Assembly (NCBI GenBank): GCA_965223545.1
Contig: OZ245006.1
Location: 256,001 to 320,000 of the forward strand
Direction: 5' to 3'
DNA length: 64,000 nt
Source: Planctomycetota bacterium
GTDB lineage: Bacteria > Planctomycetota > UBA1135 > UBA2386
The translations under genes were made by a program, and so were the position numbers. Positions 9,994 to 22,494 of this stretch are shown here, one piece after another; the first letter of the stretch is position 1; each line of letters begins with the position of its first letter. The notes under the pieces were generated by a model that was given only the letters and a program-made list of their open reading frames with translations, searched no databases and was not told the origin of the DNA.

Positions 9994-10938
9994 ATGGCTT
10001 CGCGGCGGTCGACCGGGATCCTCTTGGCGGTGATCGGCGTCGGGGGGCTGATCGTGGCGAGCGTGTTCGTGGCGCCCGTGTGCATGCTGGGGTTCGCGTT
10101 GTCGTGCCGCGACGACCCAGAGCTTGACGCTGCGCTGGACAGGTACTTCCAGGGGCACGAGCTGTTCGACGAGGGCCGGTACGCCGAGGCCGCGGAGCAT
10201 TACCGGGCCTGGAAGGACTACGAAGACGCTCACGATGAAGACTCCAGCGAGGTGACGGGGCTGATCGGCCACGCGCTCGACCTCGCGGGTCGAACTCAGG
10301 AGGCCAAAGAGCTGATCGACGCATCGTTGGCCATCGAGAAGAGGTGGTACGTCTGCCTCTACAAGGCCCACTTCCTTGCCCGCCACGAGAGCGATGAGTC
10401 TGCGCTGGCCTGGCTGAACGAAGCACAGCTGCCAGATGCCAGCCGGGCGCGCGCCATCGCGAGCTTCTACCGAGAACGGGGACGGTACGCGGACGCGATC
10501 CCGGTGCTGAAGGACCTCCTTGAACAGGTAGAGGGTCGGCGCTTCCTCGTCGACGGCGCGATTCGCGTGCCCCCCGTGATCGACACGGCGACGCACAACC
10601 AGATCTCCAGCTTGCTCGATCCGCTGCAAGACCTCGCGGAGAACCACCTACAAGTCCGCGACTTCGACGCCGCGGACAAGTACGCCCAACTTGGAATCAC
10701 CGTGGGACAGATTCTCAATCGCGACGCGACCTACGCCGGCGACAAGTACGTCGAGGCCGGTGACGTTCGGTGCCGGATCGTGCGAGCCCGAGTTCTGATG
10801 CAGCGGGGCGAGTGGGATGCCTCCGGGGAAGAGATCGGGTTCGCGAAGGCCATCGCGGACTGGTCGGGATACTCGGGATCGGTCGAGGCGGTGCAGTCAG
10901 CAACTCAGGAGCTTCAGCATCGTCGGTCCAAGCGCTAG
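9994..10938 (+). CDS. Membrane-anchored TPR-like protein
   Basis: N-terminal TM helix, helical repeats such as GRYAEAAEHY and GRYADAIPVL. Confidence 0.7.
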   Translation: MASRRSTGILLAVIGVGGLIVASVFVAPVCMLGFALSCRDDPELDAALDRYFQGHELFDEGRYAEAAEHYRAWKDYEDAHDEDSSEVTGLIGHALDLAGRTQEAKELIDASLAIEKRWYVCLYKAHFLARHESDESALAWLNEAQLPDASRARAIASFYRERGRYADAIPVLKDLLEQVEGRRFLVDGAIRVPPVIDTATHNQISSLLDPLQDLAENHLQVRDFDAADKYAQLGITVGQILNRDATYAGDKYVEAGDVRCRIVRARVLMQRGEWDASGEEIGFAKAIADWSGYSGSVEAVQSATQELQHRRSKR

Positions 10939-11118
10939 CGTGACCCTGCCAATCGCCCACTGCGGGCCGCAACGTGACCCGAAATGCGAGGCGAAGCTGC
11001 TGAAAGTCACCTGACCCGGCGGGGGGCCGTTGGTTGGAGTGCGCGCCGGCTTCCACTGTGGAGGCGGCTGTCCGCGGCATATGCAGGGGGCACGTCAACT
11101 GTTGACGAGCCTCACCAG

Positions 11119-11370
11119 CTAGCTCGTCCGCAGTTCGAGTACGAGTTCGCCTCCGTCCTGGCAGGACAGCTGCCTCTCTTCTCCTAGCGCGGTCAGCGTA
11201 GCTCGACCACTTGGCACGTTGCGCAGCTCGAATCGTCCGTCCGCGTCGGTCCACGCGCTGTAGCCACAGACGGGCTTCGGGCCGGAACCGTGGCTGTGCA
11301 CCTGCACGAACGCCCTCGGTCGGGGAATCCCGCGCGCATCGGTGGAATGTACCGACCAAACGACGGGGAC
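11119..11370 (-). pseudogene. Carboxypeptidase-regulatory-like (transthyretin-fold) domain fragment
   Basis: AWTDADGRFELRNVPSGRATLTA motif with no convincing start; 5' boundary approximate. Confidence 0.4.
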
Positions 11371-11463
11371 GCCCTTCGGCAAGCGGGCTTCCGGCGCTCG
11401 CGGGAAATCGCCGGCCGAAATGGCAGCCGGACACCCCATCTGACGCTTAGCTGGATCGTGACC

Positions 11464-12030
11464 ATGTCCGAGCCGTCCGATGTCACGCGTTTGCTGCAGG
11501 AGTTCGACCAGCGCGACGATGCCGCCGAAGAGCTCATGCCGCTGGTCTACCAGTCGCTGCAGGAGCTGGCGCGCGCCCGCTTGCGCGACGAGCGCGGCGA
11601 CCACACGCTGCAGGCGACGGCGCTGGTCCACGAGGCGTGGATCCGCATCGCCCGGGGCCGTGATCTCGGCTGGCAGGAGCGATCACACTTCTTCCAGACC
11701 GCTTCCGAGGCGATGCGGCGCGTGCTGATCGATCACGCCCGCCGGCACACGAGCAAGAAGCGCGGCCAGGGCAAGCGCGCCGTACCGCTGAGCCGCCTCG
11801 ATCTGGTCGAAGAGCGCGATCTCGACGAGGTGCTGGCGCTCGACGAGGCGCTGGAGCAGCTCGAGCAGGAAGACGCCCGCGCGGCCCGGATCGTCAAGCT
11901 GCGCTACTTCGCGGGGCTCGAGGTCAAGGAGACCGCCGAGGCGCTGCAGATCTCCGAGCGGACGGTGGCGCGGGAGTGGGCTTTCGCGCGCGCGCGGCTG
12001 TTCGACTTGATGGGCTACGAGGCCGAGTAG
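11464..12030 (+). CDS. ECF sigma factor, planctomycete kinase-associated type
   Basis: DVTRLL, ELMPLVY, HTLQATALVHEAW, AMRRVLIDHAR, LRYFAGL, REWAFARA. Confidence 0.93.
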   Translation: MSEPSDVTRLLQEFDQRDDAAEELMPLVYQSLQELARARLRDERGDHTLQATALVHEAWIRIARGRDLGWQERSHFFQTASEAMRRVLIDHARRHTSKKRGQGKRAVPLSRLDLVEERDLDEVLALDEALEQLEQEDARAARIVKLRYFAGLEVKETAEALQISERTVAREWAFARARLFDLMGYEAE

Positions 12031-12043
12031 TCGCGGCGACTCC

Positions 12044-15250
<3,207 letters not shown>

Positions 15251-15348
15251 GGTCGAGTCGTGCCAAGGGTATGACGCGCGCGCCAGTTCACCTACTCCAC
15301 CGCCGCAAATGGCAGGTCGCGGGTCGCTCTTGCGCCAGGGGAAGAACA

Positions 15349-16149
15349 ATGCTCGACGCGGGTTCAGCGCACCCTCGCTCCGACGTCGCTGGCCGCGCTG
15401 CGTTCGTCTACGGCATCGCGTGCTACTGCGCGTTTGCCAGCTGCTTCGCGGTCACGGTGCTGTTCGTCAGCGATTTCGGCCTGACGCAGACGATCGACCG
15501 CCCCGTGACGGCGGCTCCCCGCACGGCTTTGGCCATCGACATCGGCCTGCTGCTCGGGTTCGGCGTGCAACACTCGGTGATGGCGCGCGCCGGTTTCAAG
15601 CGGCGATGGACCCGGGTCGTTCCGGCGGCGATCGAGCGTAGCACCTACGTCCTGGCCACTGTGGTAGCACTCTCGGCGCTGTTCTGGCAATGGCGTCCGA
15701 TCGAAGCCGTGGTCTGGGACCTCGATTCCCCCGTCACGCGCACGCTCGTCCACACGGTCCTCGTATGCGGTTGGCTGCTCGTGCTCATCGCGACGGCGCT
15801 GATCAACCACGCCGACCTGTCCGGCCTGCGGCAGGTGTGGTGTCGCGTGCGCGGGCGGCGGTACTTCACGCCAGGGTTCGTCACCCCGGGCCCGTATCGC
15901 ATCGTCCGCCACCCCCTGTATCTGGGATGGATCATCGCATTCTGGGCTACGCCGCACATGACTGCGGGTCATCTGTTGTTCGCGACGGCGATGACCCTCT
16001 ACATCCTCGTCGCCATCCGTTTCGAGGAACGCGATCTGCTGCGCGACCACGGTGATGCCTATCGCAACTACCGCGATCGCGTGCCGGGGCTGCTGCCGCG
16101 CATCGGCACACGCATCTCGAGAATGCACTCCGGCCGTGGCATGCGCTGA
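15349..16149 (+). CDS. mddA: Methanethiol S-methyltransferase-like (ICMT family) membrane protein
   Basis: QHSVMARAGFKRRWTRVVP, ERSTYVL, FWQWRP, VRHPLYLG, FWATPHMTAGHLLFA, FEERDL. Confidence 0.75.
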   Translation: MLDAGSAHPRSDVAGRAAFVYGIACYCAFASCFAVTVLFVSDFGLTQTIDRPVTAAPRTALAIDIGLLLGFGVQHSVMARAGFKRRWTRVVPAAIERSTYVLATVVALSALFWQWRPIEAVVWDLDSPVTRTLVHTVLVCGWLLVLIATALINHADLSGLRQVWCRVRGRRYFTPGFVTPGPYRIVRHPLYLGWIIAFWATPHMTAGHLLFATAMTLYILVAIRFEERDLLRDHGDAYRNYRDRVPGLLPRIGTRISRMHSGRGMR

Positions 16150-16294
16150 CTCCATCTTGCGCTAGGAGCAATTGGCGGGCGAACGCTCGCCCGCGTCGTG
16201 GCGGCGCTGCGCTGGTCATGCCGGCCTCCCCTGCAGCTTGCACGGGCGAGCTGGAGTGCATCCGCGACGTGACCACATCCAAGCAACGGAGACC

Positions 16295-17929
16295 ATGATG
16301 TCACAGCACACTCTTCGCGGCGCAAGAGCCGCCTTCGCCATCGCCCTTACCTCGCTCTCGCTGCCGTCCCTCTCGCTGCCGGCCCAGTCACCGTCGGAGC
16401 TGTTCTCGGTCCGTAGGGCGGAGTCCTTCGGCCGCTTCGGCTGGCAAGTGTGCGTTCCCGGCGACCTGGACGGTGACGAGCTCGACGACTTCGTCGTGGG
16501 CAGCCACGACGCCGACGTCGTTCGAGCCTACTCGGGACGAACCGGGCGACAGCTGTTCGAGCTCTTCGGTCAGCCCGGAGATGCGTTCGGCTACAGCATC
16601 GAAGCCGCTGGTGACGTCGACGCGGACGGGACCGACGACTTTGTCATCGGTGCGCCGCAGTTCCCGCTCGGATTGTCCGCGCCGGGCTATGTCGTGGTGG
16701 TCTCCGGCCGTACCGGAAGCCCCCTCCGCACGATCGCGGCGCAAGCCGGCGGTCTTCGCTTCGGGGAGCATGTGGCTGGCGCCGGCGACTTCAACAGCGA
16801 TGGGTTCGATGACATCGTGGCCAGCTGGCATGCCAACGGCGGCAACAACGCGATCGTGCATTCCGGTCGCGACGGCGCGGTGCTGTTCAACACGGGTCGC
16901 GGCGACCCGATACACTCGGTCGCGGGCGTCGACGACCTGGACCGAGACGGCTTCGACGACATCGCGATCGGCCAGGGTGACGCGGTATCGGTGTACTCGG
17001 GCCGCACCCGTACACACTTGACCGCGATCCCGAGCCCAACCGGCGCGATCGCGTTCGGAGATCGAATCGCCGCTGGTGATCTCGACGGCGACGGAAGCCT
17101 CGAGATCGTCATCGCGGACGCCGCGGCAGTAGTGGCGCGTCATCCCGGCTCCGTGTTCGCCTACTCCTTCCCCACGGGCAACCTGGTCATGCAGCTGAAC
17201 GGCGCCTCGCCAGGAGACCACCTGGGCAGCTCGCTGCGCGTTGTGGACGTAACCGGGGACGGCCAAGCCGAGATGGTGATCGGGGTGCCCGGGGCGGACC
17301 CGAGCGCCGGCTTCGTCCAGGCGGTCGCTTTCGACGGCACGCTCACCGGGAAAGTCGTCGCGATCGTCACCGGGAACTTCGGCGGCGAGCAGTTCGGCGT
17401 CTCGCACGACACCGGCGATCTGGATGGCGACGGCCTCCCCGACTTCGTCGTTGGAGCCGACCACGCCGCAGAGCTCGCTCCCATGGCGGGCCGCGTCACC
17501 GCGTTCGTGAACAACTTCACTGCCGATCCGGGTCGGGTGTTTCGGCACGGAGCCGGGTGCGACGACAGTTTCGGCCGCCGGGCTGCGATCAGCATCCGTG
17601 GCCGGCCAGTCCTCGGAGAGACGTTCAGCCTCACCGCGCGCGCCGCACCGTTCTCGTCACCGAGCTTCCTTGCGCTCGGTGCCCAGCGCGCCAACCTCCC
17701 TCTTGGCGTGATCGGCATGCCGGGCTGCGGGTCCCATGTGTCTTTGCTGGTGATCCTCCCGTCATCCACGAGCGCTTCCGGCACCTGCTCGGTGCAAATC
17801 CAAGTCCCGAACGCGCCCAGCCTCACGGGGGGCCTGATCCAGGCGCAGTGGCTGTTGGTCGACCCCCCGGCCAATCAGCTCGGGATGGTCGCTTCCGGTG
17901 GGCTGGAACTTCGCGTTGGTGCAGGCTGA
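16295..17929 (+). CDS. Secreted FG-GAP (integrin-alpha-like) propeller protein with C-terminal beta domain
   Basis: Signal peptide ending LPAQ; repeated FG...GDxDGDGxxD...GAP units. Confidence 0.88.
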   Translation: MMSQHTLRGARAAFAIALTSLSLPSLSLPAQSPSELFSVRRAESFGRFGWQVCVPGDLDGDELDDFVVGSHDADVVRAYSGRTGRQLFELFGQPGDAFGYSIEAAGDVDADGTDDFVIGAPQFPLGLSAPGYVVVVSGRTGSPLRTIAAQAGGLRFGEHVAGAGDFNSDGFDDIVASWHANGGNNAIVHSGRDGAVLFNTGRGDPIHSVAGVDDLDRDGFDDIAIGQGDAVSVYSGRTRTHLTAIPSPTGAIAFGDRIAAGDLDGDGSLEIVIADAAAVVARHPGSVFAYSFPTGNLVMQLNGASPGDHLGSSLRVVDVTGDGQAEMVIGVPGADPSAGFVQAVAFDGTLTGKVVAIVTGNFGGEQFGVSHDTGDLDGDGLPDFVVGADHAAELAPMAGRVTAFVNNFTADPGRVFRHGAGCDDSFGRRAAISIRGRPVLGETFSLTARAAPFSSPSFLALGAQRANLPLGVIGMPGCGSHVSLLVILPSSTSASGTCSVQIQVPNAPSLTGGLIQAQWLLVDPPANQLGMVASGGLELRVGAG

Positions 17930-17977
17930 CAGTCGAATTCGTGTCCGCCGCCTCCCGTGCCGTCGTTATCCGCTTCG

Positions 17978-18454
17978 ATGAGAACAATGCAAACGCGCTC
18001 CATCCGATCGTGGCTCACGATCGGAGCCGCGTTCCTGGCAGGGAGCCTCGTGCTCCCCACCGCGCAGCGGCTCTGGCTCGGCACGCCCGGCGTCGAGGAC
18101 GCGGGATACCCGATCAACGCCATGATCCAGCAGGTCCGCGACGAGCTGTTGGCCGCGGAGGGTTCGTTCAACGACAAGGGCGAGGACCCGATGTTCCAGG
18201 TCAAGCATCTGGACTTGGAGCTCGCGTTCACGGTCAAGCGCACGAACTCGGCGAGCGCTGATGGCAAGTTCCAGCTGGTCGCCGTCAGCAGTGACACTCA
18301 GACCGCGACCGAGAACGTGCAGCGGATCAAGCTGCACTTGGAAGCGGCCGGCGGGCGAGAGATCAGGGTGATCACCGCCGACGCCGACCCGGTTGCGCCG
18401 ATTCCAGCCGACGCGATCCAACAGGCGCCACCGCGCCGAAAGCCGAAACCATGA
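17978..18454 (+). CDS. Trypco2-like domain protein with N-terminal hydrophobic segment
   Basis: INAMIQQVRDELLAA...FQVKHLDLELAFTV...GKFQLV...VQRIKLHL pattern; start 17978 or 17987. Confidence 0.65.
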   Translation: MRTMQTRSIRSWLTIGAAFLAGSLVLPTAQRLWLGTPGVEDAGYPINAMIQQVRDELLAAEGSFNDKGEDPMFQVKHLDLELAFTVKRTNSASADGKFQLVAVSSDTQTATENVQRIKLHLEAAGGREIRVITADADPVAPIPADAIQQAPPRRKPKP

Positions 18455-19422
18455 GCCTCAGGGTCCGCAAGTCTTCGGGCGGCGACAACCTTTCGGAAGG
18501 CTCGATGCCGCTGGAACTTCGACAACGCAGCTCCCGGAGGCTCGAAGACAACACTGGCCTCTGGGCTCAGCGCGGCCGCCGGCGACCGCGGGAACCGCGA
18601 CCGACGCTCGGGTCGCGGAATGCTCCGTGTTTGGTTGCGGCCTCGGCCGCGCTGAGTTGCGCCGCCAGAGTCTGCTTTCTGGTCGCCGCTGCCCTGGGCA
18701 GCGCGACCCCGCTCGCCGCCCAACCCGATCCCAAGATCCAGATCAGCGTACAGAGAGCCGGGCCGAGCACGGTCGTGTTCGGGATCGATCTACGTCAGCT
18801 CACCGAGCGCCCGTTCCTGAGCTCAGTGACCCTGCGGGCCAAGTTCTTTCGAGGGAAGGACAACATCGGCGAGGCGCTGTACTCCTATCGAGACTGGGAG
18901 CTGCCACGTCTCGAACGCGGCGAGTACTACGCACTCGCGCTTCCGCACGAGCACGGCGAGGCCGACCGCGTGGTCGGCGCGCTGGAAGGGGCACTCGCGG
19001 GCGGAAAGGCCGACGTCATCGGCGTGGAAAGGCAGGCGTCCGGCAGGGTTGATCCGAAGATCACGCCGTCGTGGCCCAAGCCGCTCCGGCCCGGCAACGC
19101 GCGCAGAGGTCGGGGGGACCATCCGCCCTTCGCGCGAGGCACAGTCGTCCAGCGGAGCGCCGTGGCCACGGCGCTCCCACCGATCATTGCAATCGCTCGT
19201 GCGCTCGACCCGGAGAGCCAACGCGCCATCCAACTGGCGAAGGAGAGCATGGCAGCCCAACGGTGGAGTGAAGCAGAGCTCGTCTTGCTGCGCGATCTGG
19301 AACGCCACCCGACCACGAACGGCGCGCAGCGGGCCGTGCTCCTCGATCAGCTGGCGGTGCTCATGGATCGGCGGGCGGCCGACTACCGCCGCCTGGCAGC
19401 GGAAGCGCGCCGGGGCGGCTAA
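18451..19422 (+). CDS. Hypothetical secreted protein carrying an in-frame 201-bp repeat insertion at its N-terminus
   Basis: Removing 18452-18652 restores MSCAARVCFLVAAALGSATPLAAQ, a signal peptide. Confidence 0.6.
   Translation: MSLRVRKSSGGDNLSEGSMPLELRQRSSRRLEDNTGLWAQRGRRRPREPRPTLGSRNAPCLVAASAALSCAARVCFLVAAALGSATPLAAQPDPKIQISVQRAGPSTVVFGIDLRQLTERPFLSSVTLRAKFFRGKDNIGEALYSYRDWELPRLERGEYYALALPHEHGEADRVVGALEGALAGGKADVIGVERQASGRVDPKITPSWPKPLRPGNARRGRGDHPPFARGTVVQRSAVATALPPIIAIARALDPESQRAIQLAKESMAAQRWSEAELVLLRDLERHPTTNGAQRAVLLDQLAVLMDRRAADYRRLAAEARRGG
18452..18656 (+). mobile_element. TGAG-bounded palindromic element (MITE/REP-like), two-module copy
   Basis: TGAG at both ends 201 bp apart; shares CGGCGACAAC, CCGGAGGCTCG, GGCTCAGCGCGGC, TTTGGTTGCGG and GGCCGCGCTGAG with 21625-21823. 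Confidence 0.75.
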
Positions 19423-19511
19423 CCGTCAATCGGCGCGATCGTGGCGTCGCACGCGCGCGGCCTGGATAACGGTCTGGCCGCACTCCGGCGCCAACCCATA
19501 ACCTACGGAAT

Positions 19512-21149
19512 ATGCGAACACCGGCCGCCGCGACGATGAGCTGCTGGCTCGCCCTGGCGACGGGGTGTGCCGCACCGTGGAGCCAACATCCGCCGGGAAC
19601 AGCAGAACCGCTGTTCGACGGGCTCGGCGATCATCACTTCGCCATCACCACCGACTCTCACCTCGCGCAACGATACTTCGACCAGGGCAGGATGATGCGC
19701 TACGGGTTCGCCTTCGAGGCGTCCCGGCGCGCGTTCGACCCAGCCTGCGCCATGGCCTGGTGGGGTGTCGCGTGGAGTCGGGGGCCCGACTTCTGGAGTC
19801 CCGTCGTCTCTCCGGAGGACGGAGAGCGAGCCTGGCAGGCGATCGAACGGGCACGCTTCGCCTCCGACAACGCCACCCCGCGGGAAAGAGCGCTGGTCGA
19901 AGCCGTAGCCAAGTGGCACTCCCGCGCACCGGACCACGAACGCCCCGCCCTCAACCAAGCGTATGCGGAAGCGATGGCTCAGCTGTGGCGCGAGTATCCG
20001 GCCGATGCCGAGATCGGAACGCTCTACGCCCAGGCGCTGATCGCGTTGCGCCCCCGCGGCCTGTGGACGTACGACGCGCATCGGCATCCCGTCACCAAAC
20101 AGCTCGTTGCAGTCCTCGAGCAGGTGCTGGCACTCGACGCCGACCACCCGGGCGCCAATCACTTCCTCATCCACGCAGTGGAGGCCTCGCCCGACTTTCG
20201 TTCCGGCCAAGCAGCCGCAGACCGGCTGCGGACGCTCGCCCCACGAAGCCCGCATCTGCTGCACATGCCGTCACACATCGACATCCGCACCGGCAACTGG
20301 GACCAAGCCATCGAGCAGAGCCATCGTGCGAATGCGGCGACCCGCTCCTTCCTCGACGCCACCACCGATGGCCTCGTCTACTCCCCGGCGTGGACGCACA
20401 ACTACCACCTGCTGGCATTCGCCTGCATGATGGGCGGTCGATACGAGGAAGGCCTGGCAGCTGGCCGCGCGCTCGAAACTGCCGTGCTCAAAGATCGCAC
20501 GGCCACTCGAGTGTTCGACCGCTGGCGGCTACCGATCCTGTACGAGGTACACATCCGATTCGGCCGCTGGCAAGAGATGCTGCATGAGCCTGCGCCGCCC
20601 GAGGAGATGCCGTTCGTCCGCATCATGTGGCACTTCGCACGGGCCGTTGCGCGCGCCGCACTCGGTCAAGTCGACGACGCCGAACGCGAGCACGCTCGGT
20701 TCGTGGCGTTGACCGCTGCGTTCCAGCCCAGCGCGCGGATCCACCGCGACCTGACCCCGCAGATCCTGGCCGTCGCCGATCTCGTGGTGCGCGGCGAAAT
20801 CGCGTTCCAGCGCGGCGACACGGCGGCGGCCGTCCGGCTGTTGCAGCAAGCCACCGAACGCGAGGATCGCCTGAAGTACTACGAACCGCCGCTCTGGCAT
20901 CAGCCTGCGCGCCACGCCCTCGGCGCGGTGCTCGTGAAAGTCGGCAGGCTCGAAGAGGCAGAGCAGGTGTATCGCGAGGACCTGCGGCGGTGGCCCAACA
21001 ACGGGTGGTCACTGCACGGCCTGGAGACGTGCCTGCGCGCCCGCGGTGCCACCGACGAGGCCGCGCATGTGCGCAGTGTGTTCGAACGCGCTTGGGCGAA
21101 TGCAGACACAAGCATCGCGGCGAGCTGCCTCTGCGTGCTCGAGCGCTAG
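19512..21149 (+). CDS. TPR-repeat lipoprotein with conserved His motifs
   Basis: LATGC lipobox, AQRYFDQG, HPGANHFLIHAVE, HLLHMPSHI, YYEPP, PNNGWSL. Confidence 0.85.
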   Translation: MRTPAAATMSCWLALATGCAAPWSQHPPGTAEPLFDGLGDHHFAITTDSHLAQRYFDQGRMMRYGFAFEASRRAFDPACAMAWWGVAWSRGPDFWSPVVSPEDGERAWQAIERARFASDNATPRERALVEAVAKWHSRAPDHERPALNQAYAEAMAQLWREYPADAEIGTLYAQALIALRPRGLWTYDAHRHPVTKQLVAVLEQVLALDADHPGANHFLIHAVEASPDFRSGQAAADRLRTLAPRSPHLLHMPSHIDIRTGNWDQAIEQSHRANAATRSFLDATTDGLVYSPAWTHNYHLLAFACMMGGRYEEGLAAGRALETAVLKDRTATRVFDRWRLPILYEVHIRFGRWQEMLHEPAPPEEMPFVRIMWHFARAVARAALGQVDDAEREHARFVALTAAFQPSARIHRDLTPQILAVADLVVRGEIAFQRGDTAAAVRLLQQATEREDRLKYYEPPLWHQPARHALGAVLVKVGRLEEAEQVYREDLRRWPNNGWSLHGLETCLRARGATDEAAHVRSVFERAWANADTSIAASCLCVLER

Positions 21150-21357
21150 GCACACCTGCTGCAGCCCGCGCCGATCGTCACCTCGAGGCCGCCGGAGGCG
21201 ACTACGCCGAGGTGGCGGCAGGCGAACCGTGCACGAACGGTGCACGGGCGTGTGCAAGATCTGCAGTCGGCGTGAGGGGGTCGTGCTCGCGGCGGGCGCG
21301 GGCGGTGCAGCACGCCCCGGTCACGCCCGGCACGGGGCTTGCTGAACCGGGCAGACC

Positions 21358-21519
21358 ATGCTCCGCGCATCCATTGCCTTCTTCGTTCTCGCGATCATCG
21401 CGGCGTTCTTCGGCTTCGGCGGGATCGCCGAAGGCGCGACCGACATCGCGAAGATTCTTCTCATCGTCTTCATCATCCTCGCCGTGATCAGCTTCGCGCT
21501 CGGCCGGCGCAAGGTGTGA
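21358..21519 (+). CDS. DUF1328 (UPF0391, YtjA-like) small membrane protein
   Basis: MLRASIAFFVLAIIAAFFGFGGIAEGATDIAKILLIVFIILAVISFALGRRKV; below the ORF-track size cut-off. Confidence 0.9.
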   Translation: MLRASIAFFVLAIIAAFFGFGGIAEGATDIAKILLIVFIILAVISFALGRRKV

Positions 21520-21567
21520 ACGCACCCCACACCCAACCACGCAGACAGACTTCAACCGAAAAAGCCA

Positions 21568-22207
21568 ATGTCCAACGACTTTCGCAACGAAGACATCGAT
21601 CAGCTCAACTCGTTCCTCCGCGGGTGAGCCTCCGGCGCCACGAATCGTCGAGCGGCGACAACATTCTCGAGGCGACGCCGCTGCCATGGCAACGTCGCCG
21701 CGGCGCCGGAGGCTCGGAGAGACAGTGCCTCCTGGCTCAGCGCGGCGGCGGATGGGTCCGGCCTTCCAAACCGTTCCGGCGAGAGCGGCATCCGAGTTTG
21801 GTTGCGGTCGTGGCCGCGCTGAGCTCGCCGCCGTCGAGACCTACGATCAGGCCCTGGAGAAGGCCGACCACGCGATCTCACAGTCGATTCTCCGGCACAA
21901 CCGCGGGTGCCATGCCGAGCGCGTCGACATGCTGACGGGCCAGATCCGCGAGCTCGGCGGCACGCCGGCCGACGGCAGCGGTGCGTGGGGCGCGTTCGCC
22001 CAGGCCATCCAGGGCGGTGCCAAGCTGTTCGGTGAGTCGACGGCAGTGGCCGCTCTGGAGGAGGGCGAGGACCACGGTCTGGCGAACTACTGCAAAGACC
22101 TCAGCGCGCTCTCGCCCGGCGCGCAGACCCTCGTACGTTCCAAGCTGCTGCCGGCACAGGAGCGCACCCACGACCAGGCGCGGCGGCTGAAGACGATCCT
22201 CGACTGA
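21568..22207 (+). pseudogene. DUF2383/PA2169-like ferritin-like protein interrupted by a repeat element
   Basis: MSNDFRNEDIDQLNSFLRG | insertion | ELAAVETYDQALEK...LGGTP...AALEEGEDHGLANY; the motif LNSFLRGELAAVETY is split. Confidence 0.82.
21625..21823 (+). mobile_element. TGAG-bounded palindromic element (MITE/REP-like), two-module copy
   Basis: TGAG(C) at both ends 195 bp apart; 14-bp stem GAGCCTCCGGCGCC/GGCGCCGGAGGCTC; 11-bp inverted repeat CTCAGCGCGGC/GCCGCGCTGAG. Confidence 0.85.
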
Positions 22208-22494
22208 GGGGCCGTCATCGGCGCGCGCGCGGCCACAGGCACGCACGCACCAGGTGCGCGGGTCCGCGGAGCGCGAAGTCCACCGCCGGGTGGTGCCCAA
22301 AGCGCGCGGCAATCAACGATCGGAAATGGTCGTCGAAATCGACCGTCGCGCGCGCCACGGCGCGCAGCTCCGCGACGACCGCGGAACCGGCAAGCCTGCT
22401 GGCCACCTCGAACGCCCATCGTCCCATGAGACGGCCATCGTCACTGGCAGGGCTTCGAGTTGAGTCGGGCGGGCACGCGGCGACTGCAGATTGG

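Noticed and set aside
21625..21823. Integron attC interpretation of the palindromic elements
   Set aside because: No RYYYAAC/GTTRRRY core sites and no intI in the window
22215..22430. Short minus-strand ORF between DUF2383 and the propeller gene
   Set aside because: No motif or RBS; may be a remnant but is unsupported
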